This document shows positions 18,200 to 28,894 of a DNA stretch of 64,000 bases, piece by piece; the first letter of the stretch is position 1, and each line of letters begins with the position of its first letter. Position numbers and translations under genes: made by a program. The notes below the pieces were generated by a model. It did no database searches. It had not been told where the DNA came from and was given only the letters and a program-made list of their open reading frames with translations. The DNA comes from Acidimicrobiales bacterium (GTDB taxonomy: Bacteria; Actinomycetota; Acidimicrobiia; Acidimicrobiales; SZUA-35): NCBI GenBank assembly GCA_020630065.1, contig JAHDCC010000001.1:111566-175565 (forward strand). The letters are read 5' to 3'.

Positions 18200-21100
18200 A
18201 TGGGAAAACGAACAGATATTTCGACCATACTGGTTATTGGTTCCGGACCGATCATCATCGGTCAGGCCTGCGAATTCGACTACTCAGGCACTCAAGCCTG
18301 TCGAGCGCTTCGAGAGGAGGGTTACCGCGTTGTTCTCGCGAACTCAAACCCGGCCACGATCATGACCGACCCGGATTTCGCCGATGCGACGTACATCGAA
18401 CCGCTCGATATAGATGTCTTGACCAGCATCATCGAAAAAGAGCGTCCTGATGCCCTCCTTCCGACTCTCGGCGGTCAAACCGCGCTTAACCTGTCCATGG
18501 AATTGGCAGGAGCCGGAGTGCTTGAGCGTCTCGGAGTAGAGCTTATTGGCGCTGACGCAAAGGCGATAGATACCGCAGAGAATCGCCACTTGTTCAAAGA
18601 GGCGATGATCGAAATCGGGTTAGATGTTCCACGAAGCGGAATCGCTCACACCATGGAAGAAGCGGATCAGATCGTCGCCGACATCGGCTTGCCTGTAGTC
18701 ATTCGCCCTGCATATATTCTGGGCGGTCGAGGCACCGGCTTAGCGTCGACGCCTGAGGAGTTCGCCGATGCAGCTGCAACCGGAATAGCCGCTAGCCCAA
18801 TCAATGAGATTCTGATCGAGGAATCGATTGCGGGTTGGAAAGAATACGAACTCGAAGTCATGCGAGATAAAGCAGACAATCAAGTAATTGTTTGCTCCAT
18901 CGAAAACGTCGACCCTATGGGTGTTCACACCGGTGACTCGATAACGGTTGCCCCTATCCAAACTCTCAGCGACGTTGAATACCAAAAGCTCAGAGACGCT
19001 TCGTTCGCTTGTTTACGACGGGTTGGTGTTAAGACCGGAGGGTCGAATGTCCAGTTCGCTGTGAACCCTGACGATGGCCGCATCGTTGTCATCGAGATGA
19101 ACCCACGGGTTAGTCGCTCATCAGCTTTAGCGTCGAAGGCGACAGGTTTCCCGATCGCGAAGATTGCCGCCAAATTGGCGGTCGGCTACACCCTCGATGA
19201 AATCCCAAATGATATCACCGAGAAAACCCCTGCTTCGTTCGAACCAGCGATCGACTATGTCGTGACAAAGATCCCTCGCTGGGCGTTCGAGAAATTTCCG
19301 GGAACCTCAGGTGTGTTAGGCACATCGATGCAAGCGGTTGGCGAAGTGATGGCTATTGGCCGAACGTTCCCCGAATCTTTGCAGAAAGCTTGTCGGTCGC
19401 TTGAACTCGGCCAATCGGGTCTGAACGCTTCTGAAGCAGAAACCCGCTTCGATGAGCTAAGCGACGAAGAGCTGCATAAACAAATCGCGATCGCAACACC
19501 GGACCGACTTTTTCAGGTTGAAGTCGCCCTGCGACGGGGGCTTTCTGTCGACGATGTGTGTTCTATCACCAAGATGGACCCGTGGTACGTCGACCAGATT
19601 TCGTCGATTGTTGAGGAACGTCAGTGGCTAGAACAAGAGGTGGCTCTTGGTTTAACAATTGACAAACTAACTAAACCTCAATGGAAACGACTGAAACAGA
19701 TGGGGTTCAGCGACAACCAGATTGCATACCTCACCTCCAGCGATGAAACATCCGTACGGTCAGCTCGCCTCGCTTCAGGCGTCGCGGCGACATTCAAAAC
19801 GGTCGACACGTGCGCCGCGGAATTCGAAGCCGAAACCCCATACCACTACTCGACGTATGAAGACACCTCAGAAGTTGTTGCCGGCGAAAAACCCCGCGTA
19901 ATGATTCTTGGTTCCGGTCCAAACCGGATTGGTCAAGGTATCGAGTTCGACTACTGCTGCGTTCACGCAAGTTTCGCACTACGCGAAGCTGGCTACGAGA
20001 CAGTGATGGTCAACTGCAACCCTGAGACAGTGTCAACCGACTACGACACGTCTGACCGACTGTATTTCGAGCCGGTCACCCACGAAGACGTCCTAAACAT
20101 CATCGATGCCGAGGACCCGATTGGCATCATAGTTTCTCTGGGTGGGCAGACCCCACTTAAGTTAGCGAATCAGCTGCCGCCCGAACTTATTCTTGGAACG
20201 CCGCCGTCATCAATCGACGAAGCCGAGGACCGCGATCAGTGGGCTGCGCTTTGTAACGAGCTAGAGATTCCTCAGCCTCCCGGGGGTACCGCAACTAACC
20301 TCGAAGACGCCGCCAAAATTGCTGACCGGGTCGGCTATCCCGTCTTGGTGCGACCTAGCTATGTCCTAGGTGGACGAGCGATGGAGATCGTGTACGACGT
20401 TGATGATCTAGCCCGAGCAATGAAGGCCTTGTCAGTAGATGGAAGCCTCGGCCGAGAGGGCGGCTTATCTTCCGAGCGTCCGGTACTGATTGACCACTTC
20501 CTAGAAGCCGCTGTCGAAGTCGACGTTGACGCCATCCGCGATAAAGACGGAAACGTTCTTATCGGGGGAGTGATGGAGCACGTTGAAGAGGCCGGTATTC
20601 ACTCTGGCGACTCGGCATGTGTACTGCCGCCGCCAAACCTATCGAACGAGACTATAGAAGTACTGAGCGACTATGCTGCCCGGTTCGCTCACCGACTTGA
20701 TGTCGTTGGTCCTATCAACGTTCAGTTCGCAGTGAAAGATAACGACGTCTACGTAATCGAAGCTAACCCTCGGGCGTCTCGAACGTTACCGTTCGTTTCG
20801 AAAGCCACTGGCCGACCGTTAGCCAAAGTTTCGGCTCGCGTTATGGCCGGGGCAACCTTGCCAGAGTTGGAAGCCGAAGGTCTCTACCCGGCAGATCCGG
20901 TAGAAGGGTATTACGCAGTCAAAGAAGCGGTTATGCCGTTCAACCGTTTCCCAGAAACCGATGCACTGCTAGGTCCAGAGATGCGATCGACCGGCGAAGT
21001 CATGGGAATCGATACCAGCGCCGGAGTGGCGTTTGTGAAAAGCCAACTCGCTGCCGGTAACAAGATGCCGAGCGGGGCCGGTGACGGCGTGTTCTGGTCT

Positions 21101-21505
21101 CTTGGAGACAAAGACAAAGCAGAAGGCGTCGCAGCAGCCAAAATGATGGCGCAACTTGGATTGCAATTCTACGCAACCGAGGGGACTGCGGCTGCGTTCC
21201 GATCCGCCGGTTTGGAGATCGTAGAGGTCATAGACCGGCTGGGAGGCCCAAACAGGACTGCGCTCGATCTGATCGAAGGTGGTGACGTTGCGCTTGTGGT
21301 TAACACACCTCGAGGTGGGGGCCCACGCGTTGACGGCGCATATATTCGAACTGCGGCCGCAACTGCTGGGGTTCCGCTATTGACGACCATTGCGGCGGCG
21401 AAGGCTGCGGCTGTCGGCCTGTTGGAATCTGGTAAATATCCGTTCGAAGTTCGCTCATTGCAGCACGTCCATGACGGCTCGGCGCCTACAACCGAAGATC
21501 GGTAA
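18200..21505 (+). CDS. carB: Carbamoyl-phosphate synthase large subunit
   Basis: 1101 aa with duplicated ATP-grasp halves ([21 protein letters not shown] and [22 protein letters not shown]) and an MGS-like C-terminus. Confidence 0.97.
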   Translation: MGKRTDISTILVIGSGPIIIGQACEFDYSGTQACRALREEGYRVVLANSNPATIMTDPDFADATYIEPLDIDVLTSIIEKERPDALLPTLGGQTALNLSMELAGAGVLERLGVELIGADAKAIDTAENRHLFKEAMIEIGLDVPRSGIAHTMEEADQIVADIGLPVVIRPAYILGGRGTGLASTPEEFADAAATGIAASPINEILIEESIAGWKEYELEVMRDKADNQVIVCSIENVDPMGVHTGDSITVAPIQTLSDVEYQKLRDASFACLRRVGVKTGGSNVQFAVNPDDGRIVVIEMNPRVSRSSALASKATGFPIAKIAAKLAVGYTLDEIPNDITEKTPASFEPAIDYVVTKIPRWAFEKFPGTSGVLGTSMQAVGEVMAIGRTFPESLQKACRSLELGQSGLNASEAETRFDELSDEELHKQIAIATPDRLFQVEVALRRGLSVDDVCSITKMDPWYVDQISSIVEERQWLEQEVALGLTIDKLTKPQWKRLKQMGFSDNQIAYLTSSDETSVRSARLASGVAATFKTVDTCAAEFEAETPYHYSTYEDTSEVVAGEKPRVMILGSGPNRIGQGIEFDYCCVHASFALREAGYETVMVNCNPETVSTDYDTSDRLYFEPVTHEDVLNIIDAEDPIGIIVSLGGQTPLKLANQLPPELILGTPPSSIDEAEDRDQWAALCNELEIPQPPGGTATNLEDAAKIADRVGYPVLVRPSYVLGGRAMEIVYDVDDLARAMKALSVDGSLGREGGLSSERPVLIDHFLEAAVEVDVDAIRDKDGNVLIGGVMEHVEEAGIHSGDSACVLPPPNLSNETIEVLSDYAARFAHRLDVVGPINVQFAVKDNDVYVIEANPRASRTLPFVSKATGRPLAKVSARVMAGATLPELEAEGLYPADPVEGYYAVKEAVMPFNRFPETDALLGPEMRSTGEVMGIDTSAGVAFVKSQLAAGNKMPSGAGDGVFWSLGDKDKAEGVAAAKMMAQLGLQFYATEGTAAAFRSAGLEIVEVIDRLGGPNRTALDLIEGGDVALVVNTPRGGGPRVDGAYIRTAAATAGVPLLTTIAAAKAAAVGLLESGKYPFEVRSLQHVHDGSAPTTEDR

Positions 21506-21509
21506 CTAG

Positions 21510-22463
21510 GTGATTCGACGGATTCGCCAGCAGCTGCAAAAAGTTGACTTGGCCACCACGGTCGGCTCGGTCGAGTTGCGGTCACCAGTATTAACTGCGG
21601 CAGGTACAGCCGGTCACGGTGCCGAGCTGGCCGACTTTATGGACTTGTCTAAGCTGGGGGCCGTGGTGGTTAAATCGCTTGCCGCCTACGAATGGGAAGG
21701 CAACAAGCCGCTACGGGTTCATCAGACCTCTGCCGGGATGATAAATTCGGTTGGTCTGCAAGGACCGGGTGTTCAACGTTGGTTAGACGAAGAGCTTCCT
21801 CCGTTACTCGACACCGGCGCTGCGGTGGTGGCGTCGATTTGGGGACGTTCAGTTGAAGATTATGCTGCTGCCGCCAACCTTCTCGCCGATGCTCCGGATG
21901 AAGTCATAGCGGTTGAGGTCAATATTTCTTGTCCAAACACGGAGGCGGGCAACGAGCTATTCGCCCATTCGACCGAACTAACTAAACAGGTTCTTCAAGC
22001 CACCGAAGGCTGTAACCGTCCCCGTTGGGCGAAGTTGAGTCCCAACGTCGGTCCAGGTTTGGTGTCGATCGCCGAAGCCGCCTCATTGGCGGGAGCCGAG
22101 GCGGTAACACTCGTAAACACGTATTTTGGGTTAAGCATCGATGTTAATTCGAAGCGACCCCATCTTGGCCGTGGAGCTGGTGGAGTTTCAGGGCCAGCTA
22201 TTAAGCCATTGGCGGTGAAAGCAGTAGCGGACGTTCGACGTGAGCTACCTGAACTCCCCATTTTGGGCGTCGGTGGGGTTTCCTCGGCTGAGGACGTCGT
22301 CGAATATGCGATGGTTGGAGCTAACGCTGTTCAAGTGGGAACCGCCAATTTTGCGGATCCGAGAGTTTGTGAAAAGATACTTCGGGCGCTAAATCATTGG
22401 TGTGTCGGAAATAACATGCCAAGATTTAAGGATCTAATTGGTTCAGCTGAGCTGGACAACTAG
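21510..22463 (+). CDS. pyrD: Dihydroorotate dehydrogenase, class 1 type catalytic subunit
   Basis: LRSPVLTAAGT, NSVGLQGPGV, NISCPN and GVGGVSSAEDV motifs. No N-terminal membrane anchor. Confidence 0.85.
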   Translation: MIRRIRQQLQKVDLATTVGSVELRSPVLTAAGTAGHGAELADFMDLSKLGAVVVKSLAAYEWEGNKPLRVHQTSAGMINSVGLQGPGVQRWLDEELPPLLDTGAAVVASIWGRSVEDYAAAANLLADAPDEVIAVEVNISCPNTEAGNELFAHSTELTKQVLQATEGCNRPRWAKLSPNVGPGLVSIAEAASLAGAEAVTLVNTYFGLSIDVNSKRPHLGRGAGGVSGPAIKPLAVKAVADVRRELPELPILGVGGVSSAEDVVEYAMVGANAVQVGTANFADPRVCEKILRALNHWCVGNNMPRFKDLIGSAELDN

Positions 22464-22514
22464 TCAGATCAATCTAAGATGGTCAGTCTCGCATAGAAAG
22501 AACTTCACCAAAAG

Positions 22515-23261
22515 ATGTCAGATAAAACCCAGACAGAAGCGTCATCAATAGTAACTGCCGAAGGAGCCGACGGATTGCCGCCGGAGCTTCGGTCGAAGAT
22601 GGCGTTGGCGTTGGACGTTGACGATCTCGTCCAAGCCTTACGGCTCGCCAGGCAACTGTCTCCGTGGTTTGGTGTTGCTAAAGTTGGCCTCGAATTATAT
22701 TCGGCTGCCGGTCCAGATGCCGTTGGCGCTTTGATCGACAATGGGTTCGAAGTTTTTCTTGATCTTAAATTGCACGATATTCCGACAACTGTGAACAAAG
22801 CTGCCACCGTTTGCGGAGCGCTCGGCGCTAGCTATGTCACATTTCACGCCCATGGGGGCGCAGCCATGCTCCGAGCCGGAGTTGAAGGCCTGTACGCAGG
22901 TGCACAGAACGCTGAACTCGAACGCCCCAGCGCTATTGGGATAACCGTGCTGACCAGCGATGTTGATGCACCTGACCACATTGTTCCGAACCGTCTACGC
23001 GTCGCGGTTGAAGCCGGATGCGACGGTATTGTTTGTGCCGCGGACGACCTAAAGAGCATTCGAGAACTCGCCCCTCGTACGCTGAGAGTCGTTCCTGGTA
23101 TTCGTTCTGAGGGGGCTGAACGCCATGACCAGCCTCGCGCAGTGACTCCTGTAACTGCGTTAGAAAATGGTGCCGACCTGCTAGTTGTAGGACGTGCTGT
23201 TACCCTGGCTGAAGATCCAGCCACCGCCGCCGCCGAGCTGTTTGCTGATGTGTCAGCGTAG
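22515..23261 (+). CDS. pyrF: Orotidine 5'-phosphate decarboxylase
   Basis: LALDV...FLDLKLHDIPTTV and LLVVGRAVT motifs. Confidence 0.9.
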   Translation: MSDKTQTEASSIVTAEGADGLPPELRSKMALALDVDDLVQALRLARQLSPWFGVAKVGLELYSAAGPDAVGALIDNGFEVFLDLKLHDIPTTVNKAATVCGALGASYVTFHAHGGAAMLRAGVEGLYAGAQNAELERPSAIGITVLTSDVDAPDHIVPNRLRVAVEAGCDGIVCAADDLKSIRELAPRTLRVVPGIRSEGAERHDQPRAVTPVTALENGADLLVVGRAVTLAEDPATAAAELFADVSA

Positions 23262-23291
23262 GTGGCCTTACCCTCAAAGTAGGTTGTAGCC

Positions 23292-23606
23292 ATGCCGATG
23301 CCACCACCACTAACTCCAGAACAACGAGCTGCTGCGCTTAAGAAGGCAGCAGAAGCCCGACGGGTACGATCTGAGATCAAAAACCGTTTAAAGATGGGCA
23401 CGATCACGTTGCCTGAGCTTTTGGCTAAAGCAGACGACGACGTTATCGTCGCCAAAATTAAAGTTCTCGCTGTGCTTGAATCCCTCCCTGGGGTTGGAAA
23501 AGTAACAGCACGCCGCAAACTCGAAGAGTTCGGCATCGCTGAATCTCGTCGTCTCTCTGGGCTTGGAGCTCAACAACGCAAAGCGCTGTTGGAGGACTTG
23601 TCCTGA
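23292..23606 (+). CDS. mihF: Actinobacterial integration host factor mIHF
   Basis: LTPEQRAAALKKAAEARRVRSEIKNRLK plus LPGVGKVTA, in the conserved position before gmk. Confidence 0.85.
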   Translation: MPMPPPLTPEQRAAALKKAAEARRVRSEIKNRLKMGTITLPELLAKADDDVIVAKIKVLAVLESLPGVGKVTARRKLEEFGIAESRRLSGLGAQQRKALLEDLS

Positions 23607-23632
23607 ACGCTGAGATTGAGCCACTGACGATT

Positions 23633-24196
23633 GTGGTTTCGGGGCCGGGAGGTGTCGGGAAAGGCACCGTTGTTTCAGAGCTGATCAAGCGCGATCCGAC
23701 GCTTTGGTTGAGTCGCTCGTGGACAACTCGCGGGCGGCGACCGGGTGAAGCCGAGGACGCATACGTATTTGTTAGTCGAACCGATTTTGAGGAACGTATT
23801 CGTCAGAACGGTTTTTTCGAGTACGCCGAATTTTTGGGCAACTTTTATGGGACCCCTATTCCGGAGCCTCCGGCTGGTTCAGATGTTCTTCTTGAAATTG
23901 AGGTCCAAGGGGCTCAGCAGGTGCTGGCAGTTAATCCAGACGCACTTCTGATCCTTTTAGAAGCCCCATCTCCGGAACATCAAGAGCAACGTTTACGCGG
24001 CCGTGGTGATCCAGAACATAAGGTCGAGCAACGTTTGGCAAAAGCGGCTGAAGAGGTCGCGTTAGCTCAACAGATGCGAGCTCATCGGGTGATCAACGAT
24101 ACGGTTCCTCAAACGGTTGACGAGTTGGCTGCTTTGATAGATGAGGCTCGAGTTTTGCGGACGAGTAAACAACAATCACAACAGGTTCAGCAATAG
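23633..24196 (+). CDS. gmk: Guanylate kinase
   Basis: P-loop SGPGGVGKGTV, TTRGRRPGE and YAEFLGNFYGTP. Confidence 0.92.
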   Translation: MVSGPGGVGKGTVVSELIKRDPTLWLSRSWTTRGRRPGEAEDAYVFVSRTDFEERIRQNGFFEYAEFLGNFYGTPIPEPPAGSDVLLEIEVQGAQQVLAVNPDALLILLEAPSPEHQEQRLRGRGDPEHKVEQRLAKAAEEVALAQQMRAHRVINDTVPQTVDELAALIDEARVLRTSKQQSQQVQQ

Positions 24197-24210
24197 CGGT
24201 TCGATAGTAC

Positions 24211-24252
24211 CGGTTGGATGCCAACGGTTGGGTGCCAACGGTTGGGTGCCAA
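24211..24252. repeat. Three tandem 14-bp units CGGTTGG(A/G)TGCCAA
   Basis: Read directly: CGGTTGGATGCCAA CGGTTGGGTGCCAA CGGTTGGGTGCCAA. Each unit has TTGG-N3-CCAA dyad symmetry, and the unit junctions create CCAACGGTTGG palindromes. Confidence 0.85.
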
Positions 24253-24318
24253 CTTGCGCAACATCCGAGGCGACGGCGACGAATAGGCCTATAATCGGCT
24301 GGAACTTGAAGGAGAACT

Positions 24319-24570
24319 ATGCCCCACGATTCTATGATGTATCCAGAGGTTGAGGGTTTGCTTGAACGAGCAGGCTCCAAATTTGGTTTGTGTACGCTGG
24401 GGGCTACCCGAGCACGCGAGATCAACGCATACTTTGGGCAACTAGGAGACGGTGTTGGAACCATGGTCCCTCCCCAGGTGACGTCACTGTCCAGCAAGCC
24501 GCTATCCATAGCGTTCGAAGAAATAGCGTCCGACAAGATCGTCCCGATCAAGTCTGACTCTGACGCATAG
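24319..24570 (+). CDS. rpoZ: DNA-directed RNA polymerase subunit omega
   Basis: GSKFGLCTLGATRAREINAY pattern, 83 aa. SD GAAGGAG upstream, conserved gmk-rpoZ order. Confidence 0.88.
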   Translation: MPHDSMMYPEVEGLLERAGSKFGLCTLGATRAREINAYFGQLGDGVGTMVPPQVTSLSSKPLSIAFEEIASDKIVPIKSDSDA

Positions 24571-24580
24571 CGGTTAACTC

Positions 24581-25786
24581 GTGATGCTACAAGGCCGGCG
24601 GGTTGTTCTCGGCGTGTCCGGTGGTATTGCGGCCTACAAGGCAATCGAAGTTTGTCGGCGGCTCGTTGACGCCGGAGCTCACGTATCTCCGATCCTCACC
24701 GAGGCCGCCACCAAAATGGTTGGCCTGCCTACGTTTAACGCTCTTGCCTCAGAACGAGCAAAAACAAGTCTGTGGGATGATTCAGACGTTATTCCCCACA
24801 CGAAACTAGGACAGAACGCTGACCTTATAGTCATCTGCCCGGCTACCGCTCGCTGTATCGCCGACCTACGTATAGGTAGGTCTGGAGATCTCCTATTAGC
24901 GACGTTGTTAGCGACCGAAGCTCCTGTAATCGTCTGTCCAGCGATGCATACCGAAATGTGGAACAACCCGGCAGTGCAGGAAAACATCGCCGTTTTGCGT
25001 CAGCGAGGAGTCACCATCTTAGGGCCTGGTGTCGGACGATTGGCCGGAGGCGATGATGGTCCAGGCCGGCTGGCAGAAGTTGACGAAATAGTAGAGGCCG
25101 TCGCCTCCAAACTGGCTGGTGCAACCCCGGAGCGGGATTTAGCTGGCTGTACCATGGTGGTTACCGCAGGCGGAACTCGAGAGCCGATCGATCCGGTACG
25201 TTACCTGACAAACCGCTCGTCAGGCCGTCAAGGCCATGCCATAGCTGAGATAGCGAGTCGACGAGGAGCCGAAGTAATACTGATTACGGCCTCGCGTCTG
25301 CCCGCAGTCGGCGTTAAACAACGCGTCGAAGTTGAGACCGCGGCCGAGATGGCGGCTGCGGTGGCCGAACACCACGACCAAGCTGATGTTGTAGTCATGG
25401 CAGCTGCGGTCGCTGACTTTCGGCCCGCTGAGGTAGCCCAGCAAAAAATCAAGAAAGTAGATGGCCCGCCAACCATCACGCTTGTCCCAAACGACGACAT
25501 TCTCGCCGGACTTGGAAAAAGTAAGCGGTCTGACCAAGTGATCGTCGGATTTGCGGCTGAGACACAAGACCTCGAATCTAACGCAGCCAAGAAACTTGCG
25601 GACAAGGGAGCAGACATCATTGTGGCCAACAATGTCGCTGCTGAAGGAACAGGATTTGAACACGAAACTAACGCAGTCACAATTATTGAATCGGATGGAA
25701 CACGCCATAGAGTTGGGCTAACGTCGAAGCACGAGGTTGCTTCAGCGGTTCTTGATGTTGTTAGTGCCTGCAGGACGTCTAGATAA
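24581..25786 (+). CDS. coaBC: Bifunctional phosphopantothenoylcysteine decarboxylase / phosphopantothenate-cysteine ligase
   Basis: [22 protein letters not shown] and [21 protein letters not shown] motifs. Confidence 0.92.
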   Translation: MMLQGRRVVLGVSGGIAAYKAIEVCRRLVDAGAHVSPILTEAATKMVGLPTFNALASERAKTSLWDDSDVIPHTKLGQNADLIVICPATARCIADLRIGRSGDLLLATLLATEAPVIVCPAMHTEMWNNPAVQENIAVLRQRGVTILGPGVGRLAGGDDGPGRLAEVDEIVEAVASKLAGATPERDLAGCTMVVTAGGTREPIDPVRYLTNRSSGRQGHAIAEIASRRGAEVILITASRLPAVGVKQRVEVETAAEMAAAVAEHHDQADVVVMAAAVADFRPAEVAQQKIKKVDGPPTITLVPNDDILAGLGKSKRSDQVIVGFAAETQDLESNAAKKLADKGADIIVANNVAAEGTGFEHETNAVTIIESDGTRHRVGLTSKHEVASAVLDVVSACRTSR

Positions 25787-25796
25787 AGGAACTCAG

Positions 25797-26996
25797 TTGA
25801 ATAACAGTTTTACCTTCACTTCCGAATCGGTTACCGAGGGTCATCCAGACAAGATGGCGGACCAGATTTCGGACTCGATTCTGGACGCGTTGCTCGAACA
25901 AGACCCAATGAGTCGGGTCGCCTGTGAAACTATGGTCACCACCGGTTTGGCTATTGTCGCGGGTGAGATTTCGACAAGCGCCTATGTCGACATTCCATCA
26001 GTCGTACGTGGCACTATCAACAAGATTGGCTACGACAACGAAGACTATGGATTCGACGGTAATACCTGTGGTGTGATGGTCTCGATCGACGAGCAGTCAC
26101 CCGATATTGCCCAAGGCGTAAACGAATCGGAAGAGCTTCGATCTACGGGGTCGCTGAACGACAGCTACGACCAGCAGGGTGCAGGCGATCAAGGCATGAT
26201 GTTTGGTTACGCATGCACCGAGACCGAAGAGTTGATGCCACTACCGATCCATATCGCTCATCGCATGGCGGAACGCCTAGCCGATACTCGACGCTCCGGA
26301 GTCGTGCCGTATCTACGACCTGATGGCAAAACCCAGGTTACGTTTGACTACGAAAACGGCAAACCTGTTCGGCTTCGTACGGTGGTGATCTCGACCCAAC
26401 ATGATGAAGGCATTGACCGTGACAACATGATCAGGCCCGACCTGATCGATCACGTAATTCGTCCCGTTATTCCTGAACAGTTCGCCGATGACGACTACCA
26501 AGTTCTTGTCAACCCAACCGGACGATTTGTCATCGGCGGGCCAGTCGGTGATGCCGGTTTGACCGGACGTAAGATTATCGTAGATACCTATGGAGGCGCT
26601 GCCCGTCACGGTGGCGGTGCATTCTCTGGAAAAGACCCATCTAAAGTTGACCGGTCTGCTGCCTATGCGACTCGATGGGTAGCCAAAAATCTGGTTGCTG
26701 CCGGTGTCGCCGAACAATGCGAAGTACAGGTTGCGTACGCTATTGGTGTCGCTAGCCCAGTTTCCGTTTTGGTCGAAACCTTCGGAACCGAACGCGTTGA
26801 CCCAGCAAAGGTCGAGTTGGCGGTTTCTGAGATATTCGACCTCCGTCCCGGTGCTATTCTTGATCAGCTAGATCTACGCAGGCCGATCTTCTCCGAAACT
26901 GCTGCTTACGGTCACTTTGGTCGTCCAGCCGGTGATTCGTTCACATGGGAAAAGACCGACAAAGTAGCTGAACTGAAGTCAGCACTGGGTCTCTAA
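25797..26996 (+). CDS. metK: S-adenosylmethionine synthetase
   Basis: [32 protein letters not shown] and [19 protein letters not shown] 25797 was chosen (AAAGGA 6 nt upstream) over the longer 25737 start, which overlaps coaBC. Confidence 0.93.
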   Translation: MNNSFTFTSESVTEGHPDKMADQISDSILDALLEQDPMSRVACETMVTTGLAIVAGEISTSAYVDIPSVVRGTINKIGYDNEDYGFDGNTCGVMVSIDEQSPDIAQGVNESEELRSTGSLNDSYDQQGAGDQGMMFGYACTETEELMPLPIHIAHRMAERLADTRRSGVVPYLRPDGKTQVTFDYENGKPVRLRTVVISTQHDEGIDRDNMIRPDLIDHVIRPVIPEQFADDDYQVLVNPTGRFVIGGPVGDAGLTGRKIIVDTYGGAARHGGGAFSGKDPSKVDRSAAYATRWVAKNLVAAGVAEQCEVQVAYAIGVASPVSVLVETFGTERVDPAKVELAVSEIFDLRPGAILDQLDLRRPIFSETAAYGHFGRPAGDSFTWEKTDKVAELKSALGL

Positions 26997-27034
26997 GACC
27001 CCGGTTAGTTACTTCGGAAGGCGTCTATCACGTC

Positions 27035-28894
27035 GTGATATCAGATCAGCGGCTGTTCGAGGTTCCAGCTCTAGAAACGAGTACCGAATCATCGGAGGTC
27101 GCGACTGATCCGTCGACCGAACCAGGTTCGCGCGTTGTGCGCGTCTTGGTAGATGTTTCCGGCATCGATAAGACGTTCGACTACGTAGCCCCTCAACGTT
27201 GGGCGGATTCGGTCGAGATCGGTACGATCGTTTCGGTTAAACTCCACGGCCGTCGGGTGGATGCATGGGTCATGGAGGTAGACGTCGCCGTCGACGACTC
27301 GTATACACTACGACCAATCGAACGGGTACTCTCGATGGGTCCTCCAGCCGAAATCGTCGAACTGGCTCAATGGACGGCATTTAGGTGGGCGGGCCGTCGG
27401 CGATCCGTTCTCCGGTCAGCCTCACCACCGGTCAGGGTATCCCATTGGCCCACCACACACCAGCGGCGGCCAGAAGCGGAGACTTCTACCAACGTAGTCT
27501 CCGACGATTTCATGGCCGATGTAGTAGCCGGTCCTCAAATTGTGGGGGTAATAACTGGGGCATCTCAACCAACCTTGGAAGTATTGCAGCCCCTTGTTGC
27601 GACCGGTGATGCGTTGGTTGTGGTGCCGACCGTCAAACGAGCCCGATATCTCGCAGGTCAGCTTTCCCGGTCTGGTATCACCACACATCAGTTTCCTCGA
27701 GATTGGGCGTCTGGAATGACCGGCGGCGTCGTTGTTGGTCAACGTTCGTCCGTTTGGGCGCCGCTGGCTGATCAAGCGAAAACTATGGTGGTCGTCGACG
27801 AACACGACGACGGTTTACAGGACGAACGAAATCCGACATGGCATGCCCGAGATGTCTTGGTTGAACGGGCAAGGCGTCGAGGCGCACGCTGTTTCTTGCT
27901 TTCACCATGTCTTTCCTTGGCCGCGAGGGCCCAAGTTGACGAGGTATTTGAACCCCCTCGAGATCGTCAGCGATCCAACTGGCCTGTCGTCGAGGTTATA
28001 GACCGCCGTAAAGAAGAACCTGGCAGATATGGGTTGTTCTCTCCTCAGGTGGTTGAAGCGTTACGTGGGGCTTCTTCAGGGGTGGCGATTCTCAACCGAA
28101 AAGGTCGGTCGGTAATGCTATCTTGTCGAACGTGTGGTGAGCTAGTAAAAACGACAGACGGCGAACGTCTCATGGCGGAATCAAACGGTGCTCTGATCTG
28201 TCCATCGACCGGTGAGACACGACCAAAAGTTTGTGCCGTCTGCGGAGGAACGACATTAAAGCGTCTTCGGTTAGGCGTGAGTCGGGCCGCAGAAGAATTG
28301 TCGGCGCTGATCGGGGAGCCAGTTATCGACATCAGCAAAAAGGGAAACGAATCATCGGCTTCACGAATTTCGATCGGAACCGAAGCTGCCCTCTACCAGC
28401 TACGGGCCGCCGATGTGGTTGTGTTTCTAGACTTTGATCAAGAGCTTCTTGCTCCTCGGTACCGCGTCGCAGAACAAGCCATGGCGTTGTTGGTGCGTTC
28501 GGCCAGACTGATTCGTGGGCGTTCAACGAACCCCAACGGTCGTTTGATTATCCAGACTCGCACACCAGAACATCGGGTTTTAGCGGCGGCGGTACGATCT
28601 GATGTGAGCAGATTAGTCGAACCTGAACTTGAGCTTCGCTCAGGTCTCGGGCTACCCCCGCATGGCTCGTTGGCTGAGCTGAGCAATAGCGGAGCGTCAG
28701 ATCTGGCCGACTCGATTAGGCAGCTTTCGGCATCAAACCCGGACCGCTGGCCAAACCTGATGGTGATGGGTCCTCGTGAGGATGGAAATTTTTTGGTTAG
28801 GTCTGATACAGCAGAGCAGTTGGGCTCGATATTGGCCGAAGCTCCCCGTCCACAAGATCGAGTTAGAGTGGTCGTAGACCCGCCTAGCGCTTAG
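27035..28894 (+). CDS. priA: Primosomal protein N' (PriA) homologue with a degenerate helicase motif I
   Basis: N-terminal 3'BD-like region (FDYVAP...GTIVSVKLHGRRVDAWV), DEHD box, Cys-rich insertion (CRTCG...CAVCGG). No GxGKT/S anywhere in the protein. Confidence 0.8.
   Translation: MISDQRLFEVPALETSTESSEVATDPSTEPGSRVVRVLVDVSGIDKTFDYVAPQRWADSVEIGTIVSVKLHGRRVDAWVMEVDVAVDDSYTLRPIERVLSMGPPAEIVELAQWTAFRWAGRRRSVLRSASPPVRVSHWPTTHQRRPEAETSTNVVSDDFMADVVAGPQIVGVITGASQPTLEVLQPLVATGDALVVVPTVKRARYLAGQLSRSGITTHQFPRDWASGMTGGVVVGQRSSVWAPLADQAKTMVVVDEHDDGLQDERNPTWHARDVLVERARRRGARCFLLSPCLSLAARAQVDEVFEPPRDRQRSNWPVVEVIDRRKEEPGRYGLFSPQVVEALRGASSGVAILNRKGRSVMLSCRTCGELVKTTDGERLMAESNGALICPSTGETRPKVCAVCGGTTLKRLRLGVSRAAEELSALIGEPVIDISKKGNESSASRISIGTEAALYQLRAADVVVFLDFDQELLAPRYRVAEQAMALLVRSARLIRGRSTNPNGRLIIQTRTPEHRVLAAAVRSDVSRLVEPELELRSGLGLPPHGSLAELSNSGASDLADSIRQLSASNPDRWPNLMVMGPREDGNFLVRSDTAEQLGSILAEAPRPQDRVRVVVDPPSA

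Noticed and set aside
22844-23536. 230-aa minus-strand ORF across pyrF and mihF
   Set aside because: It is antisense to two conserved genes and crosses their intergenic region. The composition is an A/S/R-rich artefact.
24093-24644. 183-aa minus-strand ORF covering the gmk end, rpoZ and the coaBC start
   Set aside because: It overlaps three well-supported plus-strand genes, and nothing in the translation is recognisable.
25737-25796. Extended 5' start of metK given by the ORF track
   Set aside because: The extension overlaps coaBC by 50 nt and encodes non-conserved residues. MetK homology starts at TTG 25797, which has a good SD.
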